Assembly (NCBI GenBank): GCA_030704615.1
Contig: CM060733.1
Span: forward strand, 46,934,001-46,998,000
DNA from: Takakia lepidozioides
Lineage: Eukaryota; Plantae; Bryophyta
Reading direction: 5' to 3'
DNA: 64,000 nt
Made by a program: the position numbers and the translations under genes
Notes under the pieces: generated by a model
Told to the model about the DNA's origin: nothing
The model's input: only the letters and a program-made list of their open reading frames with translations
Database searches by the model: none
Shown: positions 48,623 to 61,703 of the stretch, one piece after another
Position numbering within the stretch: the stretch's first letter is position 1
How the letters are laid out: every line of letters starts with the position of its first letter

Positions 48623-50487
48623 CCCGGCTTCATTAGGAAAGATGGGCTGCTAGCAGGTGTTGGATGATTCTTTCATTCATTTTCGGGAAGCATAAATGTG
48701 CTCTCCCAGTACAGAAGAGGGGTTCTGTACAACCTGCCTTTACTTCCCAAACTAAATATTTAAGGCCTTTGCGGTGCATCGAGTGTTCCACATTCTATGG
48801 TACTACTCCTGCGAGAATTGGATAGTTGCATTGAGACCTGGCGCTTCTTCCACATGTTTTCAGAGCAACCAAGAAAAATGTATTCTGAAATGGACCGAGT
48901 ACCCTTTGGTGCACATCACATCCATACCAAGGGTTGGATGTAAGTTGTCTCTAACTTTCTCTTGTTCAGTTGTACACCTACATAAGTTAATACTGAATGT
49001 GAAGTATCCATGTATATCACCATTTTAGGAGCCGGTGTTCAACCTGTGATATAACCAGACACCATTTATGGTAAAGATGAAGACTTGCGCCGCACTGGTC
49101 ATTGGCTCTTGCAGCATTCAAGTATAGTTGGTTTATGGTGATTAGTGTATTCCTTCAGAAGGTACCCTTAGTTGCAGGTTCTTCGATGTGTTTTTCAGTC
49201 TGATGTGGGGATTATGTGGAGTGAGTATTTCTTCAGATGGGTTATACTGGAGGCATTTTGTATGGCTGCAGGTCTTAAAGGGCAGTCCCAGTTGGAGGGT
49301 GTGCCAGAAACTGTCGTGGACCCACCACTTGCATCTTTGCAGCCACTAGAGGGCAAGTTACATGAATCACATTGGATGAAATTTTTCAAAGTACGTAATT
49401 GTAGAGTAGAGTGTCTGTAGCAGATCAACAAGAGGCTTATCTTGAACAAGCAAAGATGTGAAACAGGCACACAATCGTTCTGTAAGATCTGGAACACCGG
49501 GGGCCACTTTAAAGTAAAGATGCTTTAACCTGTAAGTGCAGGCCTTCTCCAACATTGTCTTGTGGCAGTGCATGTCAAGTTTCCTTATTACAGTTGGCCT
49601 GTTAGTGTTATATTTGTTAAACTAGCATGAATGTCAAGAAATGAAGTTTGCACTAGAAAATGTGAAGTGTTAAATGTTACCACACTTCTACTCCCCTTAC
49701 CGCTTGACAGATGTGAAATGCACCAGCTAAGCCTCACTTAACATCGACTTGACACCAAAAAATATGGGTGTTGGGCGTCTTAAGAGGCAAAGAAGATGTA
49801 TAAGCACATGTACTATGACATGTACATGAAGGTGAAGGGAAATGTATTTAGAACAATGTCAAAGGCAACAAAGGCATGTCGCAAAAAGACTCTTTCAGGT
49901 TAGTTTGAGACCAGGAGTGAAAGAAGGATGGAAGAGCTCTGAGTCTACCTATTGGTAGCTTATGAGTAGTTGAATGAGCGCCCAAGGTCCTCCGGGAAGC
50001 ACATCTGAACCACTAAGAACTTGCAGCCCAAAGTCACCCAAAGTTACCCGGTACTGGTGGATAAATTATAACGGTTGTGTTCTGAGCCCCTTTTCATTTA
50101 AAGGTGAACTTCTAGGGTTGTACTAAATATACTGTTAATAAACAGTGAGGACCAATGTCTTTCCTGTCATGAGCATATGATGTACTCAGTCGTTGCTACA
50201 AGGAGATAGGTGACCACACTATTGCAACCACACCCAGTGTGTGGATAGAATATTCATTCTAAGATAGCCTCCAAATGGATGACCCCATGATAGCTGTAAT
50301 TTGTCATGGAAGGAACATTCCAGATTTTGTGGAGCATGCACTGAGAGGATTTTTGCGGTTTGAAGTTCCTCTTGAGGTTCTTCATACATGCCCACATGAT
50401 CTGCAGAAAAGGTTCTATCGAACCTGTATTGGTCAAGGTACTGCTGCAGGGTCAAGCCATAGATGGTGCTGCGAGACAACCAAAAGC

Positions 50488-50555
50488 GGAAGGTGACATT
50501 CGAGGTACCTCACTATTAAGTGGAAGGTGACATTCGAGGTACCTCACTATTAAGT
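50488..50555. repeat. Perfect 34-bp tandem duplication
   Basis: GGAAGGTGACATTCGAGGTACCTCACTATTAAGT at 50488-50521 and 50522-50555. Confidence 0.95.
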
Positions 50556-51178
50556 CTAGCTGTTGTGGAAACTTTATTTATGAATTAATTTGTCAATGAT
50601 TAGACCTACATTAGTCGTTTAGACATAAATTGTCTCATCGCAGTGACTTCCTTTTCATTATTCATGCCCACAGAAAAAGAATTGTTTGTTGGTTTTGGGT
50701 CTGAGGTAAGCAACAATCCCAAACATGTCTGGTTCAAGCCCTCATGGATAAGGGACATTGCATCAGTTATTGGAGGATTTGTTCCACAAATTTTTCAGAG
50801 TTCAACATTTCAGGTGTAGGCAAAAACTGCATTGGGTGCATGTGCAGGACGCAGGCAGCAGCACCTGCTCTACAAGAGTGTGGGTAGTGTGAGGTGGACC
50901 AAGTGCAGCAGATTGCGCATTCTATACTGGTCACTCTTGGCACAGCCTGTGTGGAGAAGACAGCTGGAGACGCTTTTAGCCATCTTATGCAGGATAGTGT
51001 CCAAATTCAACACCTGAGTATCTATCAAAGCAGAGATTGCAAGTGGAAGAAGAGAATGCAAATATAATGTTTAACGGCACGGGCACAAGTGAATCATCCT
51101 TGAGAATAGGTACCACATTTTCAAGGCATCAGCTTCTTAAGAAATGCAGATCTCCACAACCAGACCGAGTCGTGATTT

Positions 51179-53070
51179 TCAGTAAATGCGCACAGGCTTT
51201 CCCATGGTGGTCTTCAAGTACAGAACCCTCACCTGCACAGCATAGACAGAATTGATTAAGCAGAAAACAGCCTGGTAAAACTGTCATTTTTCAACCAGAC
51301 AAGCAAACAACAACAAGCACGTTTCTCCACCTCTGCAGAACCCCACAAATGACAGATCAAGTCTTGCCAAATAGAATAAATTCCATACAATCATAAAACC
51401 AATGCAGACACAGTGCAACTTACATTCTGCCAGTTTTTCTTGAGGAGTGACACAAGGAAGTTCACGCTCAGCTGTGCGTTTTGAAATATCTGCTTCTCCT
51501 CCATCTCACAGTTGCCGATGGGCACACCCATGCAGAGAACTTTCTTGAGCTGGAATTTGACCATGGCCTTGGTCTCCATCATCTTTGCCTCGAGTGACTC
51601 CTGGTGGGACACAAGAGCAGGAAACTTTCCAGCCTTGTTCAACCCTGGCCCCAACAGCCGGGGAATCTGCTTGATAACAGACTCTGATGCCAAAAACGCA
51701 TGGAACTTCTTAGCCATTTTCTTGACAAGCTTCTTGTTCTTGTTGAACTTTTTGAGGCTTTCAACATCCATGCACTCCATGCCAATTTTATTTGCCTGTC
51801 ATAAATACAAGCTCCAGAGTCAAGTCACCTCTAAAATCTAGGCAGCATGACGTAACTTCTAGAACAAAATGAAGCTCAACTAGCAGCTAATTTCTGATGT
51901 TTGGTTTACTCACTACAACTTAATCTTCAAACTCACCCCATGTGAAAAGAAAAATTCGAATATAAAATATTAACCTCGAACAGTACAGATAAGAGTGAAA
52001 CTTACCTCTTCGATATGTTGGGCGTCTCCAAGCATGCACACCTTCATCTTGGGTCGTGGAATATGGGGCAGCTTCACAGAACCACTGAAACGCTTGTCCT
52101 TCTGGGGATCATAATTCTTCAGGCCAATCTGGAGCTCAATAGTCTCTGTAAACTTCCGGTTCTTCTCCTTAGACTCTGTGAGGACCTGGTTAATCGCCTC
52201 CCTCAGCACATCACTCTGTAGCTTACTGCAAGTCCACAACGACTCACGATATAAGTTAGCAAAACTTCACAGAAGGCAAATATGTTAGATGACCCTCGAT
52301 GAAAACCATGACCCTGATATCGTGCGCAACATGTACTGGAAAATCTAATTATTTTCAATCAGATCAGAAACAACACATAGCTCATGTACAACGCATTAGT
52401 TGATGAAATTAAATTGGTCTGTGCTCTCATGAACAACCTACTGTTCATACATGAGTCAATCATGGAAACCACTTACAGAAATCGACGCATTAAGTGTACA
52501 ACCCAGCCCAAAGAACTTTCCCTACACAGAAGGGCTTATGACGACTCCTTGGAACAGGAAAACGACACATAGGGACACAACCCTAAGCCCATCCGAAGAC
52601 CTACCTCTGCATGGGGTGCAGGGCGGCGTTGTTCGATTTCTCCGAGCACAAAAAACAACAGAGACCAAAGCTTATCCCCCTTCTACGAAGAAAGACTTGC
52701 TCCCCTAGGAGGCCTAGGTACCCATTTGAGGAGAGTTTTCATCACTCTCCGCCCGTGGCTGGGTGAACCACGTAGCGAGGGATCCAGTGCAATAAAGAAT
52801 CCAAGCCCTCAGACTCATCTTACATCTGTCAACCAAATCAAATCTTTGCACATCACTGTGACACAGCAAGACAGCAGATAAGCGGATTTCAGAAAGCCCT
52901 ACCACTCTGAAGGACTCATGCCTCTCAGAAAAGAAGGATGGGACCTTACATGACAATGGTGCAAGACTTCTGGAAGTCAGAAACCCACACTCGTCAAACC
53001 CATTGGAACAACAACCCCACCGCACAACAGGACAAGAACGAGAAGCAACAGACAGAGACACAAACCTCAT
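51179..53070 (-). CDS. RPL10A: 60S ribosomal protein L10a (uL1), 4 exons
   Basis: Exons 53070-53066 (ATGAG), 52225-52006, 51795-51424 and 51232-51179 give [67 protein letters not shown]. Confidence 0.97.
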
Positions 53071-53517
53071 TGCTGCTGCCGAGCTGCTGGCGATCTGGAG
53101 ACGCTCGGGAGACAGTCGACGCAGAAAAGAAGACCGCTTGGCCGCACCACGCAGGCTTTAGGGCTTCAACCTTCCCAACCCTAGCCAGCCTCGGCCCTCA
53201 CCTCACCCCACACCGCGTCCTTTACCGTTTTTGGGAAACCGTTGGATCTGGAAATCGTCCAAAACGTTTAATGTCTCAGATCCTGCGGTTGAAGTTATTT
53301 AGAAAACAAAATATCAGTATGAGAAAAAAGAAAAAGAAAGAGTAAAATCATACACGTGTAGTGACACTCTTTTTTGTAATTTGTGAACCCTTGTAATTTT
53401 AACAACCAGCTCCGCTGGCAAATTGTGTCTTATGTGAAATCTTTTAAAAAAAAAAAAAAAAGTGCGTGAAATCCTACAAAAAAAAAGAGTAATCGTCATT
53501 GTTAAGATTGATCGTGT

Positions 53518-54600
53518 CTAGGTAAATAAAGATGTTAACGGTTCATTGATATATATTGGAAGTGTGTTTGGTAGTTTGAATGCAATATAAATTGGTTTGT
53601 GGAAATCTGGCCAATATGCTTCTGTCACACCAGATTCACATTCATTTCCAGGGACATTTGCCCATATGTGGTCTAGTTGAGATCCGACTTTTGTGGTGCT
53701 TCCACTAAAATGCGACTTTAATTTGAATTTATCCATGAAATCCAACAGTTGTTGTTTGTTTTTTTGCATGGTTATTGTCTTCTAAAATGTCAACATTAAA
53801 ATCCCCCAAAATGATAATTGGACAATATTTGAGCGAATTTTGTATTAGAGCTTCAAGTTTGTTTAGGAACGTAGAAAATGTGCATGAATAAGCTCTATAA
53901 ACACATACTTGCTTTTCGTGTATATTGAATGTGGCTGTTATGAATTCTGAGCCATTACTTGTTGTTGTATTGAAAAAGTTTAAGTTCATATGTATGTCAT
54001 ACATCATCATTAACCCATGATTGTTAAGGATTGAAACATATGAATACTTGGATGAATCTATGAATTTGTGCACATCGGTTGAGGAGTGGTGTATTCTTGT
54101 TTCCATAAGACATAAGATATGAGACATTTTGGAGGTTATGATCATGGTTAATGTCTTCATAATGTTGCCGTAAAGAAGTTGTATTTAAGGCTTGTATAAT
54201 TATATGAGAATGATGCAAAGTTTTTAATTGAGGAATATATGGTTTCCAAGTTGCAGTTGTTTTTCATCTTTTCATTTCTGTATGTACCCTTGGATCCACA
54301 TATAAGTTTTTGTGTTGGAGAGGAGCCAACAAAAATAGTTTTTCTTTTGTTCAAATGCGAGACAAAGCTATATATGTTAGACCATGTTTTTTGACATTGG
54401 TAGGATCAAAGACTAGTTCATCCAGTGACAATCCTTGCGAGCGAGGATTGTTCTTGCTGCTGCAAGTTGAATTGGAAATTGTATTCTTGTTATGGTATGT
54501 GATTGCGTTTTACCGACTCTTATATCTTTGATAACAGGTTCAATTGGTGTCCATTGAGATTCAATGTCGTTAGTGAACAAATAATTAAATTTTTCTCTTG
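53518..54600 (-). mobile_element. Helentron-like (endonuclease-bearing Helitron) remnant: PIF1 helicase C-terminus followed by an EEP/APE-type nuclease
   Basis: Frameshifted RIQFPIQLAAARTI(H)RSQGLSLD..HGLTYIALSR (helicase motifs V/VI), then ALNTTSL, ILCLMET, IILGDFNVD, SQLDHIW and PDFHKPI (EEP nuclease motifs). Much more AT-rich than neighbouring genes. Confidence 0.8.
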
Positions 54601-55281
54601 ATAGTATTTCAATCTTAGAGTTTTGAAACTCACAGTTCTTGGAAAGCCAAAACTGCTAAATCACCCAACATCAATGATGCAATTTATCTGCAACCTGCAG
54701 TCATTAGCCAACCTGAACTGCAAAAGCAAAACTCTTTCATGTCTGAGAAACCTGACAGATATACCAAACAAGAAATTGAGCCCTAACAGTCCACATGTTG
54801 CTTAGCATTGGAGTGGGGTGGCTCAAACCACAAATAACCCGCATCAATCCCATCTGGTAAATTTGACCCAGCCAGCCATGCAGCTGGTTTTGTTTCTCCT
54901 GAGCAGCAGGAGAGGATTTGCTGGAAGACCCCATTGCACGAAAGGTTAGAAGGTGGGTGACAGCAGCAGTGCTTACACAAGACAAACCAGTATCGACAAA
55001 AGTCCAGTGGATGTGTAAGTGGGCTGCCAACTATCTGCTATGAAAGGGTCAGATGTAGTTGAAGAAAACCAATTGGTGACTTCCATGCCTCATGAAGGCC
55101 AAACAAATCCAAGCACATGTCCAAAACATGCTTAACCTGGGTAAACTCCAGATCAAAAAAAGATTTGAAAAAGAGAATGTGACTCAACAGAACTGTAAAT
55201 CTGGCCTCTAGCTTATATATGGATTGCTGACCTGCAATACCATGCTTATAGTACAATCTACCAACACTAATGCACACTGAG

Positions 55282-55460
55282 TTACTTTCCGAAAAGAGAC
55301 TTCAATCACCATAGCCCTGCACGATCGTCAGTGCTTTGGTCACTTTCAGAGCCAACACCTTCCACACATGAACTGTTTTGTGCAGCAAGCTCACATCATA
55401 ACCTTGCCACTTGGCAATTTCTAGCAGCTTCTCATACATCTCCTTCTCATACATCTCCTG
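55282..55460 (-). pseudogene. Fragment of a temperature-induced lipocalin (last exon), disrupted
   Basis: EMYEKLLEIAKWQGYDVSLLHKT and, in another frame, GLW*LKSLFGK* match the C-terminus of plant TIL lipocalins. Internal 15-bp duplication, frameshift and stop. Confidence 0.75.
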
Positions 55461-55967
55461 TTGCACAAAAACACAACATATCATCAAGATCAGCTACCAA
55501 GCAGACAGAAAGGGAGAAATATCTTCCGCTGGAGGCCCAAAGGGAAGGGTTATCTGTAGAACATGTTCTAAAGAGGGAGAGAAGAGAGAGAATACTCATA
55601 CCGTTCTTTGCGAATATTGGCTTGCCTTAGCCTTACGGCCATAGAACCCGCATAGACACGTAGCAAGAGAGAGAGACTGTACTCATACCATTCTTTGCAG
55701 ACGTTGGCCTGCCTTAGCCATACGACCATAGACCCCACTGGAAACTAACCCTCCCGGAGCCTTTTGTGGGGTTTGCAACCCACCAGGGTTGAGAGAGAGA
55801 GAGAGAGAGTGTGTGTACACTCATAAGACGTTGTTTGCCATAGCCTTTTAGGCATTGACCCTGCGCTCAGTTTTAGCCAAACAAAAGGGAACAGACACTA
55901 CGAGGGTCTCACTCCGGTAGTGGGACTTACCTTGGTATAAACTGGCCTGAGTTTAAGAGAGAGATTA

Positions 55968-56639
55968 CTACCCCAAGCAGATCTTACCTGATTGTTTATC
56001 ACAAAATATCTCGGGGAATCTTGCAACCAAGGCCTCATACTTGGATAAAAAATACGCTTGCTCGGAGCAAGCTTCGGAGATTCCAGGTTGGTTGGCCAAC
56101 ACATAAAGGCACCGTTTCACAGCCGCATCCAAGTTCTTGAAAGATGTGTAATGAGCCGGTATGTTGCAAGAATCAATGCATGAGTTCGCCTTGTTGGAAA
56201 ATTGAGGAACAGTCATACTATGTTGCAAGAATCAATGCATGAGTTCGCCTTGTTGGAAAATTGAGGAACAGTAGTACTGCCATTCGGATCCAAAAGATCT
56301 TTGATCTCCTTCACTCGAGCATTCTTCTTGTGGTTGTTCCCTAATGTGTATACCTCACTTTCACTTTCGTTGGTTTCGGAGGCAACCCGGAAATCTTGTA
56401 TCAAGAATTTCATAAGCTCCGCGCATACCATCTCAACAAACGGCCGAAGAAAAATGTCCAACAATTTGGACGTGACCTCTGCATCCTTTTGTAGAGCTTC
56501 AATCTGCTTCTTGGTCTCTTTCTTGTGATTTTGGAACTCACGCAAGAAATTTCTGACATGGGTCCTCGTGCACGAGGCGTTTCTTTCTCGGACTCCCACT
56601 CCCCCAATCTTTAACTACCATGGACCAACTAGACGACAT
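55968..56639 (-). pseudogene. Intronless disrupted ORF of unknown family (coiled coil + helical C-terminal domain)
   Basis: ATG at 56639 and a frameshift near 56548. A duplication with 59-bp period (56160-56213 and 56219-56272) breaks the frame; removing it joins ORFs 56213-56599 and 55968-56228. Confidence 0.6.
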
Positions 56640-57126
56640 CTTAAGCAGCACACAAAGAGACGAGAGATTCTCAGCACACGCAGTGAAAGACCCGGCGGAG
56701 ACCCTAAAGCACGCGAGAGACGCTGCCTAGGAGCTGGCGAGCGTGGCGCGGGTACCTTAAGGTACGTATTGTGATTGTAACAGGAGGGTCATAGAAATTG
56801 ATAACAGTGGGGTTTCGTTTGAGAGCTTACCAAAGATCCGGAAGTCACCATCTTCGAGAGCCGGAACCCTTCCAAACGGCTGCCACCCCATCCCACGTAC
56901 ATTGTTAATCCTCAAATGTAGGTCAGATTGGAAACAAAGTATGCACGATGATTCAATCGACCCTCAGTTCATCATGTCATACAGTAATTACTTTTCTCAG
57001 AAACAAAACCCTCATTTCCCTCACCGCTGGGTGTCAGGTCCTTGACCACAAAGCTCAGTAGTTTGGTTTGGCAGATAATATATGTATCTCTTGACTGAAA
57101 TGTCACTTGTGATTGAATATCACAGT

Positions 57127-57210
57127 GAGGAAGGGTTCAAGCCAGATGGTATCACCTTTATTTGTCTATTCTCTGCATGTAGCCATGCAGGCCTTGTGGA
57201 CGAAGGCCGT
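57127..57210 (+). pseudogene. Isolated PLS-PPR fragment (L2-type motif)
   Basis: EEGFKPDGITFICLFSACSHAGLVDEGR, with no flanking PPR motifs. Confidence 0.8.
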
Positions 57211-57534
57211 CACACATGTTTGGGAGTTAAGTTAGTCAGATTGAGGGGACATGGTGGAGTGGTCAACTTTTGTGGAGTTTCTTTTTCACTTTGGTGCAGG
57301 GCGGTCATGTCATTGATGGCCTTAAATATGCCGAGCCTGAGGTATCTTGTATCTTCCACCAATTTTACAGTGACAAAACTAACATCTTTACATGTGAAAA
57401 ACTCTGATCATTTATTGCAATTGCAATTTTACCATGCACCACCCACAAATCAGGCAGTGTTTCAAATTCGCTACTGCACTTCTCAGATAACTGCGAGCCT
57501 ACATTCTACAGCTAAAGACAGCTCCACATGGCTG

Positions 57535-60500
57535 TTATGCAGCCAAGTTGACGGTGAGTGACACATATGGGTAGACATCGGTGTCGCCACCAGTAAGACC
57601 CACCATACCGGCATCAACATCGGATTTCCAAAATGCGCTGCGATCCCACCTCAGTACATCAACCTTATCAGAGTTAAAATCAAATAACCGCATCCTCCCA
57701 AAAACAGCTTTACAAATACTTCTACAATTTCAGATCCTTGTGTCTCCCATCATCATCTAGGTATTTTTCTATTGGAGTTTGATATTCCATCCACACATTA
57801 CTTTGTCAAGGCACCAGCATTCATGCTTAGGCACGCGGTGTCAGGATTGCAGGCCTTTGATGTACTTGGAAAAAAGCAAGCGAAACCAACAAAGATTAAG
57901 TCTGGTAATGACAAAGCTTGGAACTGCAACAAAGGCCACTGTACCTGTTAGCCCCACCGGAGAGATTGTCCAGCACAGCACGTACTCTCTTTTCACTTTT
58001 TACACTTGGTGCCAAGACAGCTGCCTGGAGGAAAAATTGTGAGTAGAGTTAAGATCTGTCTAAGAGGAAAGTGCAATCACAGTGAAGGTACAATACATAA
58101 ATCTGTCAAACGAGTAAGATTAAGAGCCAACCAGAAAAGCTGGGGGCAGGCCATATCTCAAAATGCTCTCAGTAAAAAGACGGATGGCACATATATGCAT
58201 CCATGAGCTGAAAACCTGCACACAGCAACCACAATACCAGACAGTTTACTTGTTTTGAACCAAAAAGCACTGCCCAGGTTTTTCAGGAATTACATGAGAA
58301 ACAGCAACACCATGCTGTCCAAACAAGACTGTAACCACAACATGATATTCTTCTTGAATCTCTGAATTACGGAACAGCCCGTTGTTGCAAGTACAGCGCA
58401 CATATTTCTCAGCCTGTGAATTCCACAGCACTATCCAGTGAAAAGACGCCACTGCACTATAGTATAACATACAACCATTGCACTGTAGTCATGTTCAGAA
58501 CCAGCATGTCCAGCATTATTCAAACACATGGTTCAACTTCAGTAGCAACCAACAAAAAAAATGTCAAGGGAATTGCTAGCTGTCCAGTGAAATATTCTAG
58601 ACCTTAACAAAGTACCTCCCCATAACTGGCATAGCACCACTGTTGTAATGTATTCTGTAAACTATCTTGATCGTGCTGCAGACGATCTAACTCAGCCTGT
58701 CGTTGTTGCTGTCCTTCTGGGTCAAACTCAAAATCCCGAACCTGGTTCAAGTTCTTAATTAGCATCACAGATAATGGCACAAAAATTCACAGGCTCAGTT
58801 GTACACATCAACTGGAAAAACACATGAACAAGCACTAATTGACTTGAAAAACCATGCAATCATCAACAAGCAAATTATCCGGCCTCACTACCATGAATTG
58901 AGAACCCTAGATGCCTTCAATCAACTAGCAGCTTTCAGTGCAAGAGAGTACACATCTAATGGACAAGCGTTCAGGCCCACATGAAGGCTCTGATGCCAAC
59001 AACCCAAAGGCCCACCTGAAATCCGTTCTCACGAGCAGCAGTTTTAAATGTGTCAGCAACCTTGCGAAATAGGACGACAGTGTACAGGGCATACTCGTTG
59101 TCCTCCTGCAGCTTTTTTGAAGACCGAGGGACCTTCCGAGGTACAATCCCAAGTAGCATGTCAATATACACACGCATGGATCAAATGGACGTACTGTAAT
59201 TTAGAAAACAAGCTATCCTACACGCAGTCATCCATTTGACATGATAACTGATGTCTCCATCATGATCAGAACTTCCTAAAGAGACTGCACAATAGAGACA
59301 GCACTAGTGAACACTATTAATGAGCTGCAAGGCCTAGACTATGAAGTCTACAATAGAGGGAGGTTGAAGCTGTTGTAGCTCACCACGTACCACAAAGCTG
59401 GAGAGCGTCTCATAGCGAGACAACCAATCCTTTTGTGAATACTTTGAAACCACCACAAACAGCGTCGTTAAATGCTCCGAACTAACAATGTCCTCAGCTT
59501 TTACCGAGCTTGACAGATCCCGCACTGCCATGCTGTCCATTCCACCCTTCAGTTCAAGATTGCTTGCCTCTTGTATCAACAGCCCACAACAGCACAATAG
59601 AGAAAAGAAATTGACATGGGAAACAAGGAAGTCAACTTTTTCCTTCAACATTCCCAAAAAGTACTTGTGCGCACCTGCCACTTTGCTTTCGAAGAATAGT
59701 AGTCAATTGAGTCTTCACATTGCTGTACTCCGATACTCTGACCTGCACCCACACAGGTATAGCTTCCCTGTGATTACGGGTGAACTTAAACAACAAAAGA
59801 GGTAGGAGCACTTCAGGGTTTCATGCAGTCCAGCATCTAACTGCTGGAGTATCTGTTTCACTGTTAAATCAAAATAGGTCTATTATTCGGCAGAATTATT
59901 CCTACAACTGGAGTTTACGTGCTTGTTACGAAAAACTGGCTGCTCGGCCTGCTTTTCTCTTACCTAAAAAATATTCACATTTTAGAGATGTCAAGCTTAC
60001 TGGTATTCCTGTAGTTATTTCCTTACCAGAAATGCCATTTGTTGAGAACTTGTATGTATGAGTATAACATGTTCTCCATTGGTTTGGATATACCAAATGT
60101 GATACCAGTGAACACTTGCAGGCTAATTTCCAGCTCCAATGAGCAGTCTATCTAGAATGATTACTGCAATCATCAAATTTAACAAGGGAGAGAGATGAAG
60201 CACAGCTCAAAAGGGTAGCAAGATGCACCTTGAGATCATCTTCAATCTTAGCCACATTTTCATGAATTGTATCCGCGATCTCCCTGAGAGGTGTCATGAT
60301 TGGATATTTTGCCTCATCCCAGGTAAACCTGCATTGAATGAATCTCCAGACCATTCATCACTTGCAACTAACAGTTCAAGCGAATGCTTACCCTGTGAGG
60401 GTCTCATATGATATCTACAACTTCCACTTTGTGTCGTTCTTCTCCAATCAAGTGCTATTGCAAAATCAGGTTAATTGCTCCAGAGTTTCAGATTCTGGAT

Positions 60501-61326
60501 TTCCCAGGTGGTTTGCAGTCGAACCCATCCAACTAGTCGACTCACCTAGTAATGTATGAGTCAATGGGAACACCGTCCACAGCCAGAGCGCTTGATTCTG
60601 AGCTTGCCAACCTCTCCAAATCTTCGATCTGCCTTCTGATCTTATGTGTCACTCCCTCCACTACCGAATTGGCCTGCACAGCAGCCCTGCTTCTTAAAGT
60701 TTACGTCCCACTATGTCACGCAGTCTAGCTCTCTTTGCAAAGAATTTCCCCAAAGCGCAGTGACAGGGACATAAGAAATTGATGGAATGTGCGCCGTTGA
60801 ATTTTTGTGCTTGTGCAATAACACGCTTCAGACATATTGCGTACCTTCCCCAAATCATCACTTAGGGCTAGTAAAGAGTCCAACGTTCCCACCCGCAATT
60901 CTGGAATGTGGAACTGCCATCACAACCATAGAAAACTCTTAGCTCCACAACCCCTACTAAGACAGCGATCCATACACTCAACCTGCATTAGTGGGATATC
61001 GAAACCACACAGACTCCCACGCTCCCTATAATCTTCAAAAACGATCCACAGTCGGGGTTTTCGGATCTGAAACATTCCTTAGCCTCACAGGGATTCATAT
61101 ACTACACGGGATCAATATGCATAAATCTGTGCTGGGAAAAAATAAAACTACCACGATTTCCAAGAAAAAGGCAGAAAAAATCATCAATGCTCAGAAATAT
61201 GGCACGCACTTTGTAGGTGGGAGTGTCGAACGCAACTTTGGAGATGCTCTGCTGCAAGCTGCTCCATGTCGCCGACACCGACTCCTGCAAGGGCAAAGAT
61301 ATCAGAAAGTACCTAGACAACGCCAT
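57535..61326 (-). CDS. VHA-C: V-type proton ATPase subunit C, 11 exons
   Basis: Exons 61326-61210, 60913-60845, 60673-60546, 60328-60228, 59742-59675, 59532-59391, 59132-59016, 58741-58616, 58215-58132, 58024-57945, 57637-57535. Motifs FHIPELRVGTLDSLLALSDDL, FTWDEAKYP, VVPRSS, FTESILRYGLPP, YPYVS. Confidence 0.96.
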
Positions 61327-61537
61327 CACTTGCTCCTCCCTCTTCTTCCTCTTCCTTCACAATCGTTGCAAGCACTGCACGCTCCCGCATTCCAGCAGCT
61401 CTCGCGCGGTTTTCTGCTTCTGCGCTGTGCTGTGCTTTGCGAGTCCAGGAAGACGACCCCTGACCGTCGATCTAAATTTCTAACGGTCCATATCATGCCA
61501 CGTGAGCTTGTGCTCACCTTACTCTGCCACAAAAGCT

Positions 61538-61703
61538 GTTCAAGTAGATGAATGCCATCCATTGTGTCATGAATGTACATGATAATCGGCCGTTCAAGTA
61601 GATGAATGCCATCCATTGTGTCATGAATGTACACGATAATCGGCCGTTCAAATAGATGAATGACATCCATTTGTGTCATGGATGTACACGATAATAGGCC
61701 GTT
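61538..61703. repeat. 54-bp minisatellite, 3 copies, in the short divergent intergenic region
   Basis: GTTCAAGTAGATGAATGCCATCCATTGTGTCATGAATGTACA(T/C)GATAATCGGCC at 61538, 61592 and 61646. Confidence 0.95.

Noticed and set aside
49170-51020. Short exon-like ORFs between the TIC-like gene and RPL10a
   Set aside because: No consistent splice chain or recognisable protein similarity.
58370-58445. Intronic stretch (IVLWNSQAEKYVR) resembling VHA-C exon 10 (AVLAPSVKSEKRVR)
   Set aside because: The similarity is short, needs a frameshift and lies on the wrong side of exon 9 for a simple tandem exon duplication; probably chance.
61538-61703. CRISPR-like repeat array
   Set aside because: Head-to-tail repeats with no unique spacers, in a eukaryotic context with no cas genes.
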